Part shown: positions 28,430 to 36,700 of the stretch, one piece after another
Layout of the letters: each line of letters opens with the position of its first letter
Position numbering within the stretch: position 1 is the stretch's first letter
Assembly (NCBI GenBank): GCA_040755995.1
Contig: JBFMAF010000053.1
Location: 1 to 36,700 of the forward strand
Length of the DNA: 36,700 nucleotides
Reading direction: 5' to 3'
Source: Acidobacteriota bacterium
Lineage (GTDB): Bacteria; Acidobacteriota; CAIWXX01
Program-made: the position numbers and the translations under genes
The notes under the pieces: model-generated
The model's database searches: none
Told to the model about the DNA's origin: nothing
What the model saw: the letters and a program-made list of their open reading frames with translations, nothing else

Positions 28430-28570
28430 CCTTCAGCATGTTGCGGCGTGGGTGCCGGACTAGGGACATCCGCGTACCGTCGTGCGTGGCGTCCGAAAAG
28501 ACCCGGCTGAACCTGCAGAGCGGTGGTCGGGCGTCAATATCTTGCGTTTACGTCAGCCTGCCGCAAAGCG

Positions 28571-29827
28571 CTATTTCCCTTCCGCCTCCATGGACTTCTT
28601 CAGGTCCGCGATGAAAAGGTCGATCTTCTCCTTGGTCTCATGCTGCATGACGATGTCGTGCGCAAGCAGACCGCCGAGCCTGGGGTCCTCTTCCGGCGCG
28701 AGATCCCATTTCGTCATGATCGCGCTGTCCGGACGCTTGAAGAAGACCGTGTTGGAATGCGGATTCATCCAGTGCGGCCAGCGGATTTCCTCCATCTTGC
28801 TGCTGAGGTACTGTGCATTGGCCAGGATCCTGACTGCCTGCTCCTTGAAGCCTTGCAGTCCGGTCTTCTTCACCTTCCACCAGAATTTCAACGCGCCCAG
28901 AGCTGACCGGGAGCATGTGATGGTCGGAACGGCCTCATTGAGGTATGCCACCCGAAAAGGGTTCTGGTTCTGGAGCACCTCGTTGGTGGTGATGAAGATC
29001 CCGAGTGGCTCGTCGAATCCGAAGAATTTGTGCCCGCTGACGGCGATGGAGTCGAAGTAGACCTTCTTGCGGTCGATTACCTCGTGCGAGTCCGTGAATG
29101 GAAGAAAGCCTCCGAACAACGCGGCGTCCATGTGCCGGTAAACGGCGACCGGCTTCTTCCTACGGAGCACTTCGTCAATAGCTGCCTGATCGTCGATGGC
29201 CCCTTTGAACGTTGTTCCCATCGCAACTACCACAAGTGCGGGACGCGTCGGGTCGAGGGCCTTCTCGAACTCCGGAATGAGCATGTGCCCCATCAGGTCC
29301 GCGGGGATGAGCTTCAACTCAAGATTCTGCAGATCCGCGAGTTTGTGTATCGAGTAGTGGGCATCCTCCGAGACGTAGACCACTGGCAACATCTTTGCTT
29401 TCGCCTGAAGGTACTTGACCCCGAAGTACATCCCGTGGGCGTTGCCGTCAGTCCCGCTATGGGTGACAATGCCCCATGCCTCCGTAGGCGCGAAGCCATA
29501 AAGAGGGGCGAAGAAATCCACCACCTCGTTCTCGAACTCGTGCGTATTCATGCTGTAAATGCTGGGGTTCCTGGGGTTGCCAACATTGTTCATGGCTATG
29601 CCGCAGAGTCCGGAGTCAACGTACCACCGGTAGAAATCGGTCATGTCCACGTTCTGGTTGACCGGATAGCCGACGGCGTCCTTGCTCTCCTCGATCATCT
29701 TCTTCGCAAAGTCGTTCAGTCTCTGCATCGGGACCTCGTCGGCCGAGAAACAGACGCTCGGAATAAGGATGGCGAGGGATGCGAGGCAAAGGCGTATCAC
29801 TGCTCCGGCTCCTGGTGCGCGTCTCAT
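28571..29827 (-). CDS. Group II PLP-dependent decarboxylase (histidine/serine decarboxylase-like) with N-terminal signal-like segment
   Basis: MNNVGNP, WG.VT.SGTDGN, HYSI.K, GTTFKGAID, HMDAAL.G, SGHK (PLP lysine) and TITCSR. Confidence 0.9.
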   Translation of the reverse strand: MRRAPGAGAVIRLCLASLAILIPSVCFSADEVPMQRLNDFAKKMIEESKDAVGYPVNQNVDMTDFYRWYVDSGLCGIAMNNVGNPRNPSIYSMNTHEFENEVVDFFAPLYGFAPTEAWGIVTHSGTDGNAHGMYFGVKYLQAKAKMLPVVYVSEDAHYSIHKLADLQNLELKLIPADLMGHMLIPEFEKALDPTRPALVVVAMGTTFKGAIDDQAAIDEVLRRKKPVAVYRHMDAALFGGFLPFTDSHEVIDRKKVYFDSIAVSGHKFFGFDEPLGIFITTNEVLQNQNPFRVAYLNEAVPTITCSRSALGALKFWWKVKKTGLQGFKEQAVRILANAQYLSSKMEEIRWPHWMNPHSNTVFFKRPDSAIMTKWDLAPEEDPRLGGLLAHDIVMQHETKEKIDLFIADLKKSMEAEGK

Positions 29828-30066
29828 GGCTCCAACTCCTTTGGTTGCAGTTGATGAATGGGACGGTTAATCCTATCTGAGGCGGGATCCTATGGACCGC
29901 GTAGGCTGCGGCGCGCCGGATCGGACGAGGGCATATCGGGGGAAGGGGCATGATTCGCTCTCAAGAATTTGCATTCCGGAATGCGACCGGGCAGAGCCAC
30001 TCGCCGGACGGTGCAGCGCACGGAGCCAGCGGCACATCGGATCTTTCGCCTCTCGATCATGTGCCA

Positions 30067-30095
30067 CATATAGGGCGTCTGGGTCAGGGTGTCAA
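30067..30095 (-). promoter_or_regulatory. Possible sigma70 promoter of the decarboxylase gene
   Basis: Minus strand TTGACA-N17-TATATG. Confidence 0.35.
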
Positions 30096-30354
30096 GTGCT
30101 TGGGAGGTCGGGTCGGCCTTTCGCGGGTCGGCACATTCCTGATGTCATCTCCGCTCCAGGAGTCAAGAGCCTGAATTCGGTGAATTCGCCGTGAATCTGC
30201 GCGTTAGAGCATGAGGGGTCTAATGGAATGCGGATAGCTAGAACCAGCGGAGAACCAGGTCTTGGTCAGTGATGTCCATGAGGAGGACCTTGGGAGAACC
30301 GCATATGCTCGGGCCGAAAGACGTGTCAAGGGGAAGGCTTTCGTCGATGCGATC

Positions 30355-31200
30355 ATGCCAGCATCCGCCGGTCTGCTGCTGATGCTGATGGGACCCGCCA
30401 CGAGCGGAGGCGAGGGACCGAGATGGGAGTACATCGGGCCGGGGGGCGCCTACGTTGATGACGTCGCGATTGCTGCCTCCGACCCGAAGACCCTCTACGT
30501 CGTCTCGGATCCCAGTCGGTTGTCCTACACGTCCGAACCCGGCACGCTCTTCCGGTCAAAGGATGGCGGCGCGTCGTGGGAGAGAATATCGCGCTTGCCT
30601 TTTCCGTACAGTTGCGATGACTTGGAGGTCGATGGGGCCCTGCCGCGAGTGCTCTTCATCCTGACAGACGGTGAGCTTGTCAGAAGCACCGACGGGGGCC
30701 GCGGCTGGACAACCGTCTTGGGCAAGGATACGGCGGACCCAGGGGGCATCTTCTGCTTCGCGGCCGATCCGGCCAGGCCGGCGATGCTGTATGCAGGGGC
30801 TCGAGCGTGCGTTCTGAGGAGCACGGACCGCGGGGGCACCTGGTCGCGGCTCGATCTGGGGCGGACGGGCCCGCCTCGGACGGTTTATGTGGGTTGCGAA
30901 GACAACAGAGCGTTGTGGAGGAGCGCGGATGGTGGCTGGAGGTGGAGCCGTTGTGAGCTCCCAGGATCCGGCCTGACTTCACTAGCCGCATCCACCGGAA
31001 GGCCCGGAACGCTCTATGCGGGATTCTGGGGACTGGGCGTGTACAGAAGTGCTGACGGCGGCGACACGTGGCATCCGATGAGGAGCGGCCTCGCGGGATC
31101 GCTGGAGAAGCGCGTCCATGAGATCCTGTTGGCTCCTCCGAGTACAATCTACCTTGGTGCGGACGCAGGTGCTTTCAGGGCGATTGAATCGAATGACTGA
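30355..31200 (+). CDS. Secreted BNR/Asp-box (VPS10/YCF48-like) beta-propeller protein
   Basis: W.YIGP.G after a hydrophobic leader and five S.D.G..W repeats. The start is uncertain (30262-30355). Confidence 0.8.
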   Translation: MPASAGLLLMLMGPATSGGEGPRWEYIGPGGAYVDDVAIAASDPKTLYVVSDPSRLSYTSEPGTLFRSKDGGASWERISRLPFPYSCDDLEVDGALPRVLFILTDGELVRSTDGGRGWTTVLGKDTADPGGIFCFAADPARPAMLYAGARACVLRSTDRGGTWSRLDLGRTGPPRTVYVGCEDNRALWRSADGGWRWSRCELPGSGLTSLAASTGRPGTLYAGFWGLGVYRSADGGDTWHPMRSGLAGSLEKRVHEILLAPPSTIYLGADAGAFRAIESND

Positions 31201-32391
31201 CAGTCGGAAAACTCGGTTGAAGCGGCTGAGCTGGATTGCAGGGCTCTTGCTTTCAGCCCTCGTGGCGATGCGGCCCGGGAGCGCCTCTTGGGACGAGGGG
31301 CCTTCATCCGGCGTACCGGCCTGGAGATACATTGGTCCGGACGGCGCATCCGCAGACGATATCGCCATCGATCCTGCCAACCCGCGCAGGCTCTACCTGG
31401 CTTCGAATCGAGGTGTCGTCTTCCGGAGTGATGACGGCGCGCTTAATTGGGAGGCCGTCTCCGCGTTCCAGCCTGGTGGTGAATGGGATCGCGGGGTGGT
31501 ACTCGGACCGGTCAACGATGACACGGTTTTCCTGATCTCGTCGGCGCTATATATAAGCCGCGATGCCGGCCGGACCTGGACGAAGGTGCTCGGCCGCGGC
31601 GTCGTCACTCGCTCGCACGTTGCGTCCGTGGCCAGTTCCCGAGCCACACCCAGCACGCTCTATGCAGGCACCTATGACTGCGTCTTCAAGAGCACCGACG
31701 CCGGTGGCACGTGGTTCAAGGCCAGCGCCGGTATCGACGACGCCTCCGTCTCTTCGCTCGCCCTGGACCCGGCGAACGCACGCGTCATCTACGCCGGGAC
31801 TAGTGAGGGCATATTCAAGAGTACGGATGGGGCCATGACATGGGCGAAGGCCGACCGCGGTGTTCGCGAGCACGATTACGCCTTGGACCTGTACGCCGCA
31901 CCCGGCCGCTCCGCCCCGGTCTTCGCCGGCACCGACTGGTGTGTGTACAGGAGCACTGATTTCGGTGGGAGCTGGTTTCGCGTGAAGCGGCTGGGGAGTT
32001 CGAGAGAACAATGTCGCATCTCAGGCGATCCGATGAAATCGGCCATCGAATATTTGGCCACGGATCTCGGTGCGTTCGAGACGACAGACGGCCCATCGGT
32101 GGACACTGGCGAAGTACCGACCATGGACTGACCTGGACCGAGCTCCCGCATTCCTACTACACCACCTCGCTCCTCGTCCCGGTCGGAACATCCGGCAGCC
32201 TCTACGCAGGGTTCTAGGGTCGCGGTGTCTACAGGAGCACCAACGGAGGCAGGACGTGGAGAGCCATGAACCGGGGTTTGACGCAGCCCCCTGAGCGGGT
32301 GGTTAACGCCATAGCAGCCAGCGCCAGATTCCCGGCCATCCTGTATGCGGCCACGGAAGCTGGGATCTTCAGAGCTCGCGTGAGCCGGTAG
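31193..32391 (+). pseudogene. Second BNR-repeat paralogue, disrupted by a frameshift and a nonsense codon
   Basis: S.D.G..W repeats continue in a different frame after about 32090 (WRSTDHGLTW...LYAGF*GRGVYRSTNGGRTW...GIFRARVSR*). The TAG at 32215-32217 aligns with TGG in LYAGFWGLGVYRS of the upstream paralogue. Confidence 0.85.
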
Positions 32392-32416
32392 CCGAGCCCT
32401 GGTGCGCGACCGAAGT

Positions 32417-32500
32417 GAGGCGGTTTGTCTCTCACCGCACCCCGTTGTGGAGTTGATCGGCAACGTCCGCGAGCCGCCGCGGAGCGCCGGCCTCCGGGAG
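32417..32500 (+). pseudogene. Remnant 3' end of an AAA_14-DUF4143 gene
   Basis: EAVCLSPHPVVELIGNVREPPRSAGLRE aligns with the C-terminus QGLCLSRDPVAKLIGNVRALPWNEGLRE of 32714..33871. Confidence 0.75.
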
Positions 32501-32676
32501 ACGTGCCACGAGCCCGACTTGTGCATATCGGTGACGCGTCAAGAGCCTGATGAGGTGCCCCTGTGGGGCCAGCACCACCACGCATGAGTTGCATGCACTA
32601 GAGTGGTCCCCTTGAGGCCAGAAATAGGACTATTTTCAAATACATAGAGCTGGTTTGGATGCGTGACCGTTCACGC

Positions 32677-32722
32677 TTGACAATGATCCACCAATGGCGT
32701 ACTAATGTGGACTATGATCCAC
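32677..32722 (+). promoter_or_regulatory. Promoter/operator region overlapping the ATPase start
   Basis: TTGACA at 32677. ATGATCCAC occurs twice (32683 and 32714). The inverted repeat GTGGA-N6-TCCAC spans the ATG. Confidence 0.5.
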
Positions 32723-33871
32723 AGGATGCTCAACATACCGTCAACAAGGAGTTTCATGCTCTTCGGTCCCAGGGGCACGGGGAAGTCCACATTCCTGCGC
32801 CGACGGTTTACGAACCGGAACGCCATGTGGCTCGACCTGCTGGATCCCGAACAGGAGGACAGGTATGCACGAAGACCGGCCGAGCTTGCAGAGCACCTGC
32901 GTGCCACCGCCTCGCCTCCGGAGTGGGTCGTCATTGACGAAGTACAGAAAGTGCCTCGCCTTCTGGACGTGGTGCACGCCGAAATCGAGCGGGGGGTTGT
33001 GAAGTTTGCGCTGACAGGATCGAGTGCGCGCAGACTGAAGCGCCATGACACCAACTTGCTGGCTGGGCGGGCATCAGTCTACCACCTCTTCCCATTCACG
33101 GCCACGGAATTGGGCGATGCCTTCAGTCTGGATTCAGCCTTGCGATTCGGCACGCTGCCAGGGTTGCAGAATTGCACCACCGAGGCAGATCGCAATGCGT
33201 TCTTGCGTGCGTACGCCTTGACATATCTGAAGGAGGATATCTGGGCCGAGCACCTGGTGAGGGTGCTGGATCCCTTTCGCAGATTCCTCGATGTCTCAGC
33301 CCAAGTCAATGGTGAAGTCGTCAACTACACCAATATCGCCCGCGACGTTGGCGCGGATGTCAAGACGGTCCAGTCGTACTTCCAGATCCTGGAGGACACG
33401 CTGGTGGGATTCCCCCTGGAGCCATTCCACCGGTCGGTGCGAAAGCGCCAGACCCACGCGCTGAAGTTCTACCTGTTCGATCCCGGGGTCAGGCGGGCGC
33501 TGGCCCGCATGCTCACGCTGGATCTTCTGCCGGGCACGGGCGAGCATGGCCGGGCGTTCGAGCACTTCATCGTGGTGGAGGCGCTGCGCCGCAGCGCTTA
33601 CTTGCAGAACGACTACGCCTTCTCGTACCTTCGTACGAAGGATGGCGCCGAGGTGGACCTGATCGTCGAGCGACCGGGAATGGCAATGGCGCTGGTCGAG
33701 ATCAAGTCGAAGGATCGTGTGGATGAGCGCGACACGCGATCACTCGAACGTTTTCTCGCCGACATGCCTGAAGCACAGGGCCTGTGCCTATCGCGGGATC
33801 CCGTGGCCAAGCTGATCGGGAACGTCCGCGCGTTACCGTGGAATGAGGGCCTGCGCGAGTTGGGCCTCTAA
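32714..33871 (+). CDS. AAA_14 ATPase with DUF4143 (wHTH + PD-(D/E)XK-like) C-terminus
   Basis: GPRGTGKST, IDEVQK, LTGSS, LAGR, KFYLFDPG, FEHF and EVDLI...EIK. Alternative start at 32705. Confidence 0.92.
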   Translation: MIHRMLNIPSTRSFMLFGPRGTGKSTFLRRRFTNRNAMWLDLLDPEQEDRYARRPAELAEHLRATASPPEWVVIDEVQKVPRLLDVVHAEIERGVVKFALTGSSARRLKRHDTNLLAGRASVYHLFPFTATELGDAFSLDSALRFGTLPGLQNCTTEADRNAFLRAYALTYLKEDIWAEHLVRVLDPFRRFLDVSAQVNGEVVNYTNIARDVGADVKTVQSYFQILEDTLVGFPLEPFHRSVRKRQTHALKFYLFDPGVRRALARMLTLDLLPGTGEHGRAFEHFIVVEALRRSAYLQNDYAFSYLRTKDGAEVDLIVERPGMAMALVEIKSKDRVDERDTRSLERFLADMPEAQGLCLSRDPVAKLIGNVRALPWNEGLRELGL

Positions 33872-33977
33872 CACTGTTCCGCAAACCCCCGCGCGGTGGA
33901 CGAAGTCGGACGCGGAATCCCGCGCGTCCGGTCTCGATGTGTGGCCGCTTGAGATCGAGAACAGATCATCGCCGCTG

Positions 33978-35432
33978 CTACTGTATGTAGCCTAGCGAAC
34001 GCAGGAGTTCTTCCTTCTCCTTGTCGGCAGCCGCTTCGCCTCGCGCGTCGAGGCGCTCTGCGCGTCTCTCGATCAGGCCCTCGTACGTCGAGATCTTCGT
34101 CACGGGGCGCTCGGCCAGAAACCCCGGCTCGATGATCTCCGTCAGCACTCGACCCTGCATGTCCTCGGGCACCGGTAGTCCGAGCAGCGCCAGGACGGTC
34201 GGAGCGATGTCGTAGATGTTCGCGTTCACCTCGACTCCGCGACGAATCGGACCGCCGGACACGATGAGGACTCCGTCGCGATGATGCTTGCCTGACTGGC
34301 CCACGGCGACAACGCCGTTCATCGCGGCGGCTTCAGCCTCGGGTCCGTCGAAGAAATGGGGCGCGGGCGGCCGGTCGGCAGGCAGCGTCCCGGTCGCTTC
34401 GAACCCGTGGTCGGAGACGATCATGACGACCGTATCGTTGCCCACAAGCCTTCTGATTTCGCCCAGGTACGCGTCGTTGTGCTCGTAGAAATTCGGCACC
34501 ACACGGCCGAGACGCGAAGACTTCTCAGTGTCGGCACTGGGGAAGGCCGCGGGCTCGTAGAAGTGCCAAAAGGTGTGAGAGACAGGGTCGTTGGCGACGA
34601 GGAAGACCGCCGCGAAGTAGGGCTGAGCCTTGGACAGGAGGTGGAATGTCATCCGCTCGTTTGACAGCTGGCTGCAGAAGGCGAACTTGAATACGGACAG
34701 CCAGTGTCCGAACACGGGCTTGGTTGCGCTCAGGAACTCGGACCTCTCCGTCGCCGTGAGCGGCAAGATCCGCTCGACCGTCTCCATCGGCGGACTGGCG
34801 GGGTCCACGATGAATCGCTGAAGACCGCGGGTCAGCTCCTCTGGGTACACTGCGTGGTCCTGCTTCGGGCCGCCGGCCCATTCGTTCCACCGCTCGCGAG
34901 TAATGCGATCCGAGATCATCCAGCCGTTGACCTGCTCGGCGGGCCACGTGGCCCACCAGCCGGCGACACCGACTCGCAGGTCGAAGGCCGACGCGATGTT
35001 CCAGAGCGCCAGCGTCTTGCGGTCGGACGAGCCGATAAGCGCACCCTTGCGCTTGCCTCCGGCCTCCCTCGAGTAGAAGCCGATTATGCCGTGCGCCTGC
35101 CGTGACTGCCCGGTCGCGATCGTGGTCCAGAGGGCCGGCGATCGCATGGGGTCCTCCGACCGCAGGATGCCGGTCGCTCCGCTGGCAACCATGGCTCCGA
35201 TATGCGGCAGGCGACCCTCGTCCAGCAGGGGCCGGATAACCTTGAAGGTGGCTCCATCGATCCCGATCAAGAGCACCTTCACGCCGCTCGGAGTAGTCCG
35301 CTTCTTGAGCGCAGCGAAGTCTGATGGCTGCCTGCAGCAGTCTAAGAGCAGGGCGCTGCTCAGAACCAGGAGCAGCTTCAGGTGGTTGTGGCCGCTGAGA
35401 GGCGGTACATCCGTACGTCGTTGTCCGAGCAT
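33978..35432 (-). CDS. Alkaline phosphatase superfamily protein (type I phosphodiesterase/nucleotide pyrophosphatase-like)
   Basis: LIGIDGA, SPALWTTIATG, HGI, SDHGF, DIAPT.L.LLG and C-terminal LRSLGYI. Hydrophobic leader. Start uncertain. Confidence 0.88.
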   Translation of the reverse strand: MLGQRRTDVPPLSGHNHLKLLLVLSSALLLDCCRQPSDFAALKKRTTPSGVKVLLIGIDGATFKVIRPLLDEGRLPHIGAMVASGATGILRSEDPMRSPALWTTIATGQSRQAHGIIGFYSREAGGKRKGALIGSSDRKTLALWNIASAFDLRVGVAGWWATWPAEQVNGWMISDRITRERWNEWAGGPKQDHAVYPEELTRGLQRFIVDPASPPMETVERILPLTATERSEFLSATKPVFGHWLSVFKFAFCSQLSNERMTFHLLSKAQPYFAAVFLVANDPVSHTFWHFYEPAAFPSADTEKSSRLGRVVPNFYEHNDAYLGEIRRLVGNDTVVMIVSDHGFEATGTLPADRPPAPHFFDGPEAEAAAMNGVVAVGQSGKHHRDGVLIVSGGPIRRGVEVNANIYDIAPTVLALLGLPVPEDMQGRVLTEIIEPGFLAERPVTKISTYEGLIERRAERLDARGEAAADKEKEELLRSLGYIQ

Positions 35433-35534
35433 GCGAGAGAGAATTCTATCATACGCAGTTCTCCTGCATCGGGCACGCGTGGACACGAACGGAATCCGGG
35501 AGACTGCCCCCTGCGGGCTCGCCACGAAGCGACG

Positions 35535-36576
35535 TCACCAAGGCAGCTGGACGTTCATCCCGACAGTGATAACCATCGGCTCTCGCTTGCCGCTCACCAC
35601 CGTTCGCCAGTCTCGCTCCCGGCGCACGGCTTCCAGGTAGGCGTCCTCCAGCTCCGGCCACGGTTGTTGGCATTCCGGTCTCCTGAGGACCTTGGCTTCA
35701 GTTACCCTGCCTCTTGCATCTGTTCTGGCTTCAATGATGAGCGCACTCGAGCACGGGGTGGATAGAATGTGCGCTATGTGCTGTCCGTCGGTCTGCGAAT
35801 GGACGGTCGCGGGATTGAGCATCCACAAGGCACGCGTGGCTTCCCATTGGACGCGGTATTGCTGCGACAAACGCGACGCGTCCATGATCGCTTGAATTGT
35901 GGCACGGTCATTTGGCGCCACCGCGCAGAGCGCCTCTGGAACGAGGCACCTGACATCCTCCACTTCACCAGCATTTCGCAGAACCGCTGCCAGCCGATGA
36001 GCCGCGCTCTCGGCCGGCCCTCCGATGACCCGTAGGGACTGCACAGCCATTTGACGAACAGCAGGATGCGAGTCGTAAAGCGCGTCGCGCAGCAGACTGA
36101 CCCCTGCCCGGCCCATCCTTCCGAGCATGAACGCCGCCCGAAGTCGCCTCGACAAACTGCCCCTCTGCAGATCGCACGCTGCTCTCGGCAGCTGAAGCTC
36201 GATGTCCTCCACCGGCGGGCCCACGTTCAACAGAGCCTGATTCGATAGGAAGTGGACCATCCAGTTGGCATCCCTGGCCGCTATTCGCAACGCTGGGATC
36301 GCGGCCTTGGCCCCCGGTCCGATCTTCGCCAGCGCCCTGGCAGCCGAGGCACGGACTTTGGGATCCGGGCTTCGGAGCAGCCTGACGAGCGTCGGCACGA
36401 CCTCATCCGCGACGTCGCCAAATCGCACGAGTGCGGTCGCAGCTGCCGCGGAGTCCAGGTCCGAAGTGTCGCGCAGGGCCGCGGCAAGCGCTGATCTGAC
36501 ACTTCCTGCGTAGTCCCCGTAGTACTCCTTGGGTATCCCCAGGGCACGCAGGGCCCACTGACGATTACCCATGCTA
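35535..36576 (-). CDS. HEAT-repeat protein with C-terminal TonB-C-like domain, probably 5'-truncated by IS630
   Basis: Repeats such as VRASAARALAKIGP.AKAAIPAL and VRQMAVQSL..IG. C-terminal TDARGRVTEAKVLR...LEDAYLEAVRR...EPMVITV.MN. The sequence upstream of 36576 is IS end. Confidence 0.75.
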
Positions 36577-36700
36577 GTAGAGCGTTCTGTTAATAACATA
36601 GCATGCTAGGCCACCGAGATCTCGCTCATCTTGTACCGCCAGGTGAAAACGACAGGCTCTTGGTTCATTTGAGCGATGCCGCGATAGATGCGTTCAACAA
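36577..36700 (-). mobile_element. 3' end of an IS630-family element (transposase C-terminus, CDS end at 36606, and right end)
   Basis: Minus strand reads VERIYRGIAQMNQEPVVFTWRYKMSEISVA*, typical of an IS630 transposase C-terminus, followed by ...ATTAACAGAACGCTCTAC-TAG, consistent with an IS630 end at a TA/CTAG target (36574-36577). Confidence 0.75.

Noticed and set aside
32215..32217. In-frame TAG as possible pyrrolysine or recoding
   Set aside because: It aligns with a Trp (TGG) codon in the paralogue and the gene also has a frameshift, so decay is the simpler explanation.
30162..32550. 13-bp direct repeat GTCAAGAGCCTGA (30162 and 32538) flanking the BNR pair
   Set aside because: Matches of this length are expected by chance in a window this size, and there is no integrase or terminal inverted repeat.
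1..36700. CRISPR array, tRNA, rRNA or integron attC array
   Set aside because: No regularly spaced repeats, cloverleaf-like sequences or attC-like structures were found between genes by eye.

Overview
GC-rich bacterial window with two halves, bounded at each edge by the 3' end of an insertion sequence (IS3-like at the left, IS630-like at the right); each IS appears to cut off the 5' part of the adjacent gene. Bases 1-13.6 kb are a co-directional defence island built on a DUF1156 adenine methyltransferase and a DUF499 ATPase (restriction-like/BREX-related core). Cargo genes sit between the core genes: a truncated UvrD-type helicase, a sensor-fused DisA_N/DAC nucleotide cyclase translationally coupled to the methylase, a PUA/EVE-like + PD-(D/E)XK nuclease, an ABC/AAA_21 ATPase + DUF4276 (TOPRIM-like) pair and an MNT-HEPN pair. 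Decayed fragments (a second methylase 5' end, an HATPase_c_4 remnant) suggest repeated cargo exchange. A REP-associated tyrosine transposase follows; its REP palindrome also occurs in-frame inside the methylase gene. Bases 13.6-36.7 kb are mostly metabolic or secreted-protein genes: hydrolase, Tat-exported aldo/keto reductase, RACo/ASKHA ferredoxin, carAB, DUF362, a signal-peptide-bearing group II PLP decarboxylase, two BNR-repeat paralogues (one a pseudogene), an AAA_14-DUF4143 ATPase, an alkaline-phosphatase-superfamily protein and a HEAT/TonB-C protein. No rRNA, tRNA or CRISPR array was seen. All family calls come from reading motifs by eye, not from database searches.
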